From contig OZ024750.1 of NCBI GenBank assembly GCA_964016885.1, forward strand, positions 13,020,001-13,084,000: a stretch of DNA of 64,000 nt, in the 5' to 3' direction. The translations under genes were made by a program, and so were the position numbers. The stretch comes from Eledone cirrhosa (taxonomy: Eukaryota). Below the pieces are notes generated by a model. It was not told where the DNA came from, made no database searches, and saw only the letters and a list, made by a program, of their open reading frames with translations. Shown piece after piece: positions 60,965-64,000 of the stretch; within the stretch, counting starts at the first letter, position 1, and each line of letters starts with the position of its first letter.

Positions 60965-63539
60965 ATTAATAGATAGATACATAGATAGACAAATATATAC
61001 GTATGTGTATATATATATAGGGGATATATATATATGTTATTGATAGATAGATAGACAAATATATATGTATGTGCATATGTATATATATATACATATATAT
61101 AGGGGATATATATATATTATTGATAGATAGATAGACAAATATATACGTATGTGCATATGTATATATATATATATACATATATATAGGGGATATATATATA
61201 TATATATAGGGGATATATATATATTATTGATAGATAGATAGACAAATATATACGTATGTGCATATGTATATATATATGTATATATATATGTATATATATG
61301 TATATATATATAATCACTTGATTAAATATTAAAACTAAAGAGTAGAAGGACATCATTTAAGGAAGCTGATAATTTTCCCTACAAATTATTCCCTATAAAT
61401 CCGCAGTAAATATATATTACAATGCTTAAACAGAGAAAAACGTCATTGACAGTCAATATATTTACATACAAGATGGCACCAAATTATTTTTAATTTCATG
61501 CTCAACAATACAATAGCCAAAAAGCAGGTTGGACAATACAACAAATATACATGAAAATACAACAAATTGACTTGTACTGGAATAGACATTTAAAGCAATT
61601 ATTATAAACAGTTACATATAAAATAACAATTACATGTGCAAATAAAAAATAACTGTGGGACAAAAAATTCATTAAACACACAATACAAAGCAACACTGAA
61701 AATAAAACTACAGCTACAAACATATAAAGCCATTCAAGCTCTGCCCATTAAATATAACACAAATAATATACAATTTTAACATGTGGAGAGTAATGTATTT
61801 TACTTGAAAATATACAATAAAGCTTTTATTTATAATTATCAAATTAACTGTCTCCACGAATTAATTTTATAAATAATATAATTTGTAAAATTTCAATTAA
61901 AATATAAAAAACCATTTCATAGGTTACAGTTTTATACAACTTATACTTTAGTTATTTATATAAAGTGTTGGCCAATGGCAACTTATGCTTCCAAGCTGTG
62001 AAAAATGAACCCACAGATTCTATATATTTGCAGGTATCTTATACAGACATTGCCTTAGAGCCATGATAAGAATATCTTAACATAACCTCATTAAAAATAA
62101 TGAGGCTATAAAAAGGCCAATTTCTGAGATACCATCATCATAAGATAGTAGATGATGCTAGACCAGATGTAATTTGACTATACATAAAATGCCAAATAAG
62201 TTTTAAATATATTCCATAAATTAAACAGAATTTCCTATTTATTTATATCCATGTACAAAATGGTCCATTTATCTTAAAACATGAACATTTGAAATTAATT
62301 TATATTTTTCTTAATAACCTAACTTCAATAGTTTAATAGTTTCTGTAAATTGAAAATATAGACACTAGAAAATTCAATCTTACCTCAAGTACGTGTACAG
62401 TTTCGAAAGAATCAACAACTGTCTTTGTTTGTTTAATTGTCTCAACTTCTTTCCTTGCCTTCAAGTAAATAAAAAAGAAATATTTTATGAAGTAAGATAA
62501 ATATTCAAATTTCTCAAAACTGTTTTTTACATAAATTACAATTAATGAAAAAAATAATCTTCTTATAAAGTAGCTCAATCAAAAAACAAATAATTATCTC
62601 AATATTAATTTTTTATAAGTGTTAAGATACATAATAAAATATATCTATACTATCTATTTTCATTTAATATGAAAAAGGATTCAATTCTCTTTAAGCAAAA
62701 ATAGGAAGAAATTCTGCTTTACCTTGAAACCTCGGTAGGCAGCTTGTATTGTGACAGCAGCCTGTTCTGCAATGTCCTCTTCTTCAGATATATCAGCAAA
62801 TTCTAAAATTAAAAAATTATGAACAAGATGCAATGAAATTTTCAAACAATTATTTTCTCAAAATAAATTATTCCTATTTCATTTGAAATAAAATCTCTCT
62901 ATATTAAAGAATATATTAAGTAGAAATAGCTATTTTTTGTTTATCATAAATACATATTAATTCTAAGATGTAAAATGAACCCACAGATTCTATATAATTG
63001 CAGGTATCTTATACAGACATTGCCTTAGAGCCATGATTAGACCATTATTAGACTATATTATGTAGTCAATGATACAGCGATACTTCTATTTCTATTCTAA
63101 AACTTTGCCTGCCTCATTCCAAATATATTTCCTTTACAACCTTTAATGTTTACAAGATTTTATTAGGCTCCTATATTTAAGAGTGCCCAGCAAAGTACAA
63201 TGTGTAATGCAAGCAATAATAAGCAATGTAGACTAAATTACCTAACACATCAAGGACACATGATGATACAATTTCTCCATAGTCATTTGCAGCTTTAACG
63301 GTGTATGTTCCTGCATCTTCTGGAAATACTTCAGGAATCATTAAAGTAGATTCATTAGCACCAGGAATTACATGATACATTTCTCCATCTTCGATGAGCA
63401 TGTTGTTATAATACCATGTAATATTAGGAATTGGTTGACCTTTGTATTTACATACAAACGATATAGATCCACCTTCTTCTACTGTTTGATCAATTAGAGA
63501 AATTTCAAAAATAGGAGCCATATCACCAGGTTGTTTGAT
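1..63539 (-). CDS. Giant titin/twitchin/obscurin-like Ig-Fn3 muscle protein gene (internal portion, 64 exons, both ends outside window)
   Basis: Minus-strand exons bounded by GT-AG with compatible phases translate to I-set Ig (W...DxGxYxCxAxNxxG) and titin-type Fn3 (WxxPxxDGGSxIxxYxxE...YxFRVxAxNxxG) domains. Confidence 0.95.
286..591 (-). CDS. Fn3 exon (306 nt, phase 1-1)
   Basis: ORF 269..622 trimmed to AG/GTAAG; VPSAPIGPL...WKKPKDDGG...[12 protein letters not shown]. Confidence 0.9.
1039..1338 (-). CDS. Fn3 exon (300 nt)
   Basis: ORF 1028..1363; ttttccag acceptor, gtaagt donor. Confidence 0.9.
1456..1755 (-). CDS. Fn3 exon (300 nt)
   Basis: [32 protein letters not shown]; AG/GTAAGT. Confidence 0.9.
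2140..2445 (-). CDS. Fn3 exon (306 nt)
   Basis: ORF 2117..2482 trimmed to splice sites. Confidence 0.9.
4146..4349. mobile_element. MITE with ~25-bp terminal inverted repeats (Tc1/mariner-like)
   Basis: ttatatctgtataaatacagagtgt at left matches reverse complement of acattctgtattgatacagatataa at right (2 mismatches). Confidence 0.55.
4584..4889 (-). CDS. Fn3 exon (306 nt): [50 protein letters not shown]
   Basis: Translated by hand; AG/GTAATT; missed by ORF track. Confidence 0.9.
5046..5333 (-). CDS. Ig exon (288 nt), Fn3-adjacent type
   Basis: ORF 4981..5343; [13 protein letters not shown]...[11 protein letters not shown]. Confidence 0.9.
5754..5926 (-). CDS. Ig C-half exon (173 nt, phase 2-1)
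   Basis: [46 protein letters not shown]. Confidence 0.88.
6275..6386 (-). CDS. Ig N-half exon (112 nt, phase 1-2)
   Basis: [37 protein letters not shown]; Trp codon split TG|G. Confidence 0.88.
6723..7028 (-). CDS. Fn3 exon (306 nt)
   Basis: ORF 6694..7038 trimmed to splice sites. Confidence 0.9.
7352..7654 (-). CDS. Fn3 exon (303 nt)
   Basis: ORF 7335..7775 trimmed; ttttccag/gtaagt. Confidence 0.9.
7734..7920 (-). mobile_element. tRNA-derived SINE, family A, full length
   Basis: Pol III A/B-box-like TGGCAGTATCG / GAGTTCAAATCCC on minus strand; 17-bp TSD ttacatataaaaataat (7717-7733, 7921-7937); about 12 copies in window. Confidence 0.9.
8413..8715 (-). CDS. Fn3 exon (303 nt)
   Basis: [32 protein letters not shown]. 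Confidence 0.9.
9363..9650 (-). CDS. Ig exon (288 nt)
   Basis: [11 protein letters not shown]...[19 protein letters not shown]...[11 protein letters not shown]. Confidence 0.9.
9820..9992 (-). CDS. Ig C-half exon (173 nt)
   Basis: [46 protein letters not shown]. Confidence 0.88.
10117..10231 (-). CDS. Ig N-half exon (115 nt)
   Basis: [39 protein letters not shown]. Confidence 0.88.
10543..10826. mobile_element. Tc1/mariner-pogo-type MITE interrupted by a 5'-truncated family A SINE (10624-10731)
   Basis: TA-ccgtatttcccggc ... gccaggaaacatgg-TA imperfect TIRs; SINE flanked by TSD atttgaaaacaaataat. Confidence 0.7.
11006..11311 (-). CDS. Fn3 exon (306 nt)
   Basis: ORF 10986..11279 extended to acceptor. 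Confidence 0.9.
11757..12059 (-). CDS. Fn3 exon (303 nt)
   Basis: [40 protein letters not shown]...[12 protein letters not shown]. Confidence 0.9.
12222..12406 (+). mobile_element. Family A SINE, full length
   Basis: A/B boxes on plus strand; 13-bp TSD attattatcatca. Confidence 0.9.
13220..13790. mobile_element. Degenerate family B SINE fragments in both orientations
   Basis: gttaggaagggcat (plus) and atgctcttcctaataccaaccaca (minus) match family B copies. Confidence 0.5.
14208..14504 (-). CDS. Fn3 exon (297 nt), first Fn3 of the gene within the window
   Basis: [32 protein letters not shown]. Confidence 0.9.
14736..14915. repeat. Imperfect (GT/GA)n microsatellite
   Basis: gtgtgagtgtatgaga units. 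Confidence 0.85.
15380..15515 (-). mobile_element. Family A SINE, 5'-truncated
   Basis: Matches 7734-7920. Confidence 0.85.
15957..16241 (-). CDS. Ig exon (285 nt), MyBP-C C5 / twitchin core type
   Basis: [38 protein letters not shown]...[11 protein letters not shown]. Confidence 0.9.
16357..16498 (-). mobile_element. Family A SINE, long subfamily with extra ~30-bp G-rich segment
   Basis: Extra ttgggagaggggaaaatcgattaaact also present at 29550 and 49650. Confidence 0.8.
16604..16873 (-). CDS. Short Ig exon (270 nt)
   Basis: [37 protein letters not shown]...DVAEYSMTV; missed by ORF track. Confidence 0.88.
17108..17245. repeat. Degenerate ~24-bp minisatellite
   Basis: tatagttattgccaatat units repeated about 5-6 times. 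Confidence 0.7.
17515..17781 (-). CDS. Short Ig exon (267 nt)
   Basis: [31 protein letters not shown]. Confidence 0.9.
18586..18981 (+). mobile_element. Head-to-tail tandem pair of family A SINEs with three copies of the TSD
   Basis: gttattatttcctg at 18586, 18777 and 18968; period 191 bp. Confidence 0.9.
19504..21201 (-). CDS. Large non-globular G/D/R/S-rich repeat exon (~566 aa), probable cassette or alternative terminal exon; donor uncertain
   Basis: 591-codon ORF in very AT-rich DNA; strong phase-1 acceptor ttactttttcag at 21202; weak phase-1 donor gtatta at 19503 keeps frame; 57-bp tandem repeats. Confidence 0.7.
22570..23042 (+). mobile_element. Internally deleted mariner element
   Basis: TIRs tatgttcaataagtaatgagaaattttcaggagag / ctctcctgatattttctcattatttattgaacata; interior relic YAIKVCV...EAYEM...RWFKRFSKG resembles mariner transposase HTH. 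Confidence 0.75.
23293..23559 (-). CDS. Short Ig exon (267 nt)
   Basis: [31 protein letters not shown]. Confidence 0.9.
24237..24503 (-). CDS. Short Ig exon (267 nt)
   Basis: [27 protein letters not shown]. Confidence 0.9.
24934..25200 (-). CDS. Short Ig exon (267 nt)
   Basis: [27 protein letters not shown]. Confidence 0.9.
25555..25824 (-). CDS. Short Ig exon (270 nt)
   Basis: [27 protein letters not shown]. Confidence 0.9.
26032..26088 (-). mobile_element. Heavily 5'-truncated family B SINE tail with TSD ctatctca
   Basis: (cat)n-tttacgtctgctttttccctgcttgcaagggtggga near-identical to 38288 and 42710 copies. Confidence 0.8.
27006..27284 (-). CDS. Divergent short Ig exon (279 nt)
   Basis: [40 protein letters not shown]...[10 protein letters not shown]; phase 1-1. 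Confidence 0.82.
27520..27710 (-). mobile_element. Family B SINE 3' part, diverged
   Basis: catcatttaacatcc...gatgcccttcttaacaccaaccaca. Confidence 0.7.
28200..28440 (-). mobile_element. Probable Helitron Pif1-helicase C-terminal relic
   Basis: Minus-strand fragments [10 protein letters not shown] and [12 protein letters not shown] resemble Helitron motifs FAMTINKSQG and GLDLxxxxFSHG; stops and frameshifts present. Confidence 0.5.
29141..29520. repeat. 17-bp minisatellite (taatgactatatgtata), about 22 copies
   Basis: Direct tandem units abutting a SINE tail. Confidence 0.9.
29521..29729 (-). mobile_element. Family A SINE, long subfamily
   Basis: Matches 16357 and 49621 copies. Confidence 0.85.
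29981..30163 (-). mobile_element. Family A SINE, full length
   Basis: TSD taatttaat; A/B boxes. Confidence 0.9.
30743..31012 (-). CDS. Short Ig exon (270 nt)
   Basis: [40 protein letters not shown]. Confidence 0.9.
31924..32190 (-). CDS. Short Ig exon (267 nt)
   Basis: [35 protein letters not shown]. Confidence 0.9.
32410..32668 (-). CDS. Short Ig exon (259 nt, phase 0-1)
   Basis: [25 protein letters not shown]. Confidence 0.88.
33124..33321 (-). CDS. Charged K/E/D linker exon (198 nt, phase 0-0)
   Basis: ORF 33067..33321 trimmed at gtgaga donor. Confidence 0.82.
33692..33857 (-). CDS. Charged E-rich linker exon (166 nt, phase 2-0)
   Basis: [55 protein letters not shown]; needed for phase continuity. 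Confidence 0.82.
34054..34245 (-). mobile_element. Family B-related SINE 3' part
   Basis: (cat)n tail, ggatgcccttcctaacaccaaccaca. Confidence 0.7.
34490..34775 (-). CDS. Ig exon with WSKGKW motif followed by DWKAALKHR (MyBP-C C1 / IGFN1-like)
   Basis: [34 protein letters not shown]...[14 protein letters not shown]; 286 nt, phase 1-2. Confidence 0.88.
34917..35143 (-). CDS. Ig C-half plus start of next Ig (227 nt)
   Basis: ORF 34876..35151 trimmed. Confidence 0.85.
35310..35421 (-). CDS. Ig N-half exon (112 nt)
   Basis: [37 protein letters not shown]. Confidence 0.88.
35865..36037 (-). CDS. Ig C-half exon (173 nt)
   Basis: [26 protein letters not shown]...[14 protein letters not shown]. 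Confidence 0.88.
36576..36690 (-). CDS. Ig N-half exon (115 nt)
   Basis: [39 protein letters not shown]. Confidence 0.88.
37338..37637 (-). CDS. Ig exon (300 nt)
   Basis: [40 protein letters not shown]; missed by ORF track. Confidence 0.88.
37962..38128 (-). CDS. Ig repeat 11, part c (167 nt)
   Basis: [24 protein letters not shown]...[14 protein letters not shown]. Confidence 0.88.
38288..38570 (-). mobile_element. Family B SINE (tRNA head truncated, CORE-like middle, (ATG)n tail)
   Basis: Near-identical to 42710-43027. Confidence 0.85.
38620..38970 (-). mobile_element. RTE-clade LINE relic, AP-endonuclease C-terminus
   Basis: [36 protein letters not shown] matches the RTE/Rex3-type SxIDF...VKRGAxLSTDHHLV motif. 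Confidence 0.75.
39046..39122 (-). CDS. Ig repeat 11, part b (77 nt)
   Basis: [26 protein letters not shown]. Confidence 0.88.
39390..39466 (-). CDS. Linker plus Ig repeat 11, part a (77 nt)
   Basis: [26 protein letters not shown]; phase 1-0. Confidence 0.82.
39675..40492 (-). CDS. Fused exon (818 nt): Ig repeat 8 part c, EEKKP linker, intronless Ig repeats 9 and 10
   Basis: ORF 39667..40200 extends in frame to acceptor at 40493. Confidence 0.9.
40790..40990 (+). mobile_element. Family B-related SINE 3' part, plus orientation
   Basis: aaaagcacccagc...gttggcattacgaagggcatccag...catgctaacatggaaaa. Confidence 0.65.
41005..41081 (-). CDS. Ig repeat 8, part b (77 nt)
   Basis: [26 protein letters not shown]. 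Confidence 0.88.
41519..41556 (-). CDS. Ig repeat 8, part a (38 nt)
   Basis: [13 protein letters not shown]; phase 1-0. Confidence 0.85.
42090..42330 (+). mobile_element. RTE/Rex3-type LINE 3' end relic
   Basis: [22 protein letters not shown]...[14 protein letters not shown] resembles the RTE ORF C-terminus. Confidence 0.65.
42399..42565 (-). CDS. Ig repeat 7, part c (167 nt)
   Basis: [24 protein letters not shown]...[16 protein letters not shown]. Confidence 0.88.
42710..43027 (-). mobile_element. Family B SINE, near full length (tRNA head, CORE-like domain, RTE-like (ATG)n tail)
   Basis: Minus strand tggttagagcattggcc...gagttcaattct head, ccttgagcaagacacttta CORE-like, ends gacgtaaaatgatgatg. 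Confidence 0.85.
43111..43313. mobile_element. piggyBac-type MITE
   Basis: TTAA ends with cctttag / aaaggg TIRs; second copy at 50196-50427. Confidence 0.75.
43557..43633 (-). CDS. Ig repeat 7, part b (77 nt)
   Basis: [26 protein letters not shown]. Confidence 0.88.
43910..43947 (-). CDS. Ig repeat 7, part a (38 nt)
   Basis: [13 protein letters not shown]. Confidence 0.85.
44743..44909 (-). CDS. Ig repeat 6, part c (167 nt)
   Basis: ORF 44738..44932 trimmed. Confidence 0.88.
45025..45156 (+). mobile_element. RTE LINE relic (post-RT region)
   Basis: [25 protein letters not shown] resembles the RTE motif RLRWFGHV. Confidence 0.6.
45343..45419 (-). CDS. Ig repeat 6, part b (77 nt)
   Basis: [26 protein letters not shown]. 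Confidence 0.88.
45559..45630 (-). mobile_element. Family A SINE 3' fragment
   Basis: ttgtttctactttaggcacaaggcc...ttatcgacccc. Confidence 0.75.
45804..45841 (-). CDS. Ig repeat 6, part a (38 nt)
   Basis: [13 protein letters not shown]. Confidence 0.85.
45979..46145 (-). CDS. Ig repeat 5, part c (167 nt)
   Basis: ORF 45962..46222 trimmed. Confidence 0.88.
46322..46398 (-). CDS. Ig repeat 5, part b (77 nt)
   Basis: [26 protein letters not shown]. Confidence 0.88.
46496..46533 (-). CDS. Ig repeat 5, part a (38 nt)
   Basis: [13 protein letters not shown]. Confidence 0.85.
46801..46967 (-). CDS. Ig repeat 4, part c (167 nt)
   Basis: ORF 46793..46981 trimmed. Confidence 0.88.
47150..47325 (+). 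mobile_element. RTE LINE relic, start of RT domain
   Basis: [43 protein letters not shown] matches the P.FKKGD...CSNYRGISL motif. Confidence 0.75.
47556..47632 (-). CDS. Ig repeat 4, part b (77 nt)
   Basis: [26 protein letters not shown]. Confidence 0.88.
47749..48607 (-). CDS. Fused exon (859 nt): Ig repeat 1 part c, intronless Ig repeats 2 and 3, KPE linker, Ig 4 part a
   Basis: ORF 47737..48378 extends in frame to acceptor at 48608; internal 297-bp period. Confidence 0.9.
49264..49340 (-). CDS. Ig repeat 1, part b (77 nt)
   Basis: [26 protein letters not shown]. Confidence 0.88.
49452..49495 (-). CDS. Ig repeat 1, part a (44 nt)
   Basis: [15 protein letters not shown]. Confidence 0.85.
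49623..49829 (-). mobile_element. Family A SINE, long subfamily
   Basis: TSD taaaataataat; small internal deletion. Confidence 0.82.
49950..50122 (-). CDS. Ig C-half exon (173 nt)
   Basis: [13 protein letters not shown]...[14 protein letters not shown]. Confidence 0.88.
50196..50427. mobile_element. piggyBac-type MITE
   Basis: TTAA-ccctttagc ... gctaaaggg-TTAA. Confidence 0.82.
50479..50621 (-). CDS. Ig N-half exon (143 nt, phase 0-2)
   Basis: [48 protein letters not shown]. Confidence 0.85.
51965..52152. repeat. (TA)n and (TG)n microsatellites
   Basis: Direct observation. Confidence 0.95.
52159..52525. repeat. ~370-bp polypurine (AAG/AAAAAG) tract
   Basis: Almost exclusively A/G on plus strand. 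Confidence 0.95.
52898..53545. repeat. Minisatellite, 40-bp unit built from ~19-21-bp subunits
   Basis: acacagtctacagatgttgacagtgtgtagatgttgatag with period 40 (53081, 53121, 53161...). Confidence 0.9.
54608..58174 (-). CDS. Giant acidic repeat exon (3,567 nt, 1,189 aa, phase 0-0); putative elastic spacer
   Basis: 1,258-codon ORF; donor GAG|gtaaat at 54607; most plausible in-frame acceptor ttattaaag at 58175; phases match flanking exons. Confidence 0.85.
54909..55290 (-). repeat. Coding 42-bp tandem repeat x9 ([14 protein letters not shown])
   Basis: Visible in DNA and protein. Confidence 0.92.
55715..58020 (-). repeat. Coding 141-bp (47-aa) tandem repeat x16 with higher-order structure
   Basis: [47 protein letters not shown]; 423- and 282-bp periodicities. 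Confidence 0.92.
59484..59657. repeat. Near-perfect nested inverted repeat (fold-back)
   Basis: 59484-59531 pairs with 59610-59657; 59529-59555 pairs with 59565-59591. Confidence 0.92.
60430..60555 (+). mobile_element. RTE LINE 3' end fragment embedded in (TA)/(CA) microsatellite
   Basis: [30 protein letters not shown] matches the RTE C-terminal GxRxRGRP...MxDRxxWR motif. Confidence 0.7.
60900..61312. repeat. Compound microsatellite array, about 4 units of ~75 bp (GATA/TA/GGGG)
   Basis: tattgatagatagatagacaaatatatacgtatgtgcatatg...tagggga repeated. Confidence 0.85.
62384..62458 (-). CDS. 75-nt exon, C-half of IQ motif ([25 protein letters not shown])
   Basis: AG/GTAAG; phase 0-0. Confidence 0.82.
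62723..62802 (-). CDS. 80-nt exon, N-half of IQ motif ([27 protein letters not shown])
   Basis: ttttag acceptor, gtaaag donor; phase 1-0 bridges flanking exons; not in ORF track. Confidence 0.85.
63242..63539 (-). CDS. Ig exon (298 nt), titin/kettin I-band type
   Basis: [36 protein letters not shown]...[19 protein letters not shown]. Confidence 0.9.
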
Positions 63540-63668
63540 CTGAAATAGAAAATAAAAATAATTCAACACCATTAATAATAAATATCATTAATTGAAAATA
63601 AATTATATACTTCCTTTTTGTATTTGTTTTACAAGATTTCGTCTCTGAAAACGTATGTTGAAAAAGAT

Positions 63669-63876
63669 ATTGTTATACTTTGGGAGGGTCATGCTGCCAA
63701 TAAAAATGCACGCACCTCTTGATGCTCACTTCAATTTATTATAAACTCCCAGTTGGTTAGTTTAATAACTAAACAACTATCAGGTTATTTAACTAACCAG
63801 CTGGGACATTATCATAAATTGATGTGAAAAACCAACAGGTCCATGTGTTTTTGGCAGCATGACAAAGTATAACAAA
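63669..63876. mobile_element. Palindromic MITE-like element
   Basis: ttgttatactttg..gtcatgctgccaa pairs with ttggcagcatgacaaagtataacaa; inner cccagttggttagtt pairs with aactaaccagctggga. Confidence 0.6.
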
Positions 63877-64000
63877 AACTGTATACTGTTTGAATTTTAT
63901 TGATTAGCTATTATTTATTCCTATTGTGACAACCTTTTTTTCTGTAACCCCCTCACCACTATAATCACTGGATATATTAAAAGCAAACAGCAGAGTGGTT

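Noticed and set aside
1-63539. Assigning a gene symbol (TTN, unc-22/twitchin, sls, OBSCN)
   Set aside because: No kinase, RhoGEF or terminus in the window and the domain order matches none exactly; orthology needs phylogeny

Overview
This is AT-rich eukaryotic (animal) genomic DNA. The SINE, RTE-LINE and (TA)n content suggests a cephalopod or other mollusc, which is an inference only. The whole window is an internal part of ONE minus-strand, intron-rich gene for a giant titin/twitchin/obscurin/IGFN1-family muscle protein; neither start nor stop codon is in the window. By reading GT-AG boundaries and phases I chained 64 exons into one continuous frame (about 18.5 kb CDS, about 6,170 aa). Order N to C: Ig; IQ motif split over two small exons; 1,189-aa acidic repeat exon (16x47 aa plus 9x14 aa); Ig; 11 homologous Cys-rich Ig repeats (some split in three exons, some intronless); 3 Ig; MyBP-C/IGFN1 C1-like Ig (WSKGKW) plus charged linker; 8 short Ig; 566-aa G/D/R/S-rich repeat exon; 2 short Ig; Ig-Fn3x3-Ig-Ig-Fn3x3-Ig-Ig-Fn3x6+. 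That is about 32 Ig and 12 Fn3 domains, with no kinase visible. Introns carry two tRNA-derived SINE families, RTE LINE relics, mariner, piggyBac and other MITEs, a probable Helitron relic, micro- and minisatellites, candidate 6-nt microexons and a near-perfect 174-bp fold-back. Boundaries were read by eye and have no transcript support.
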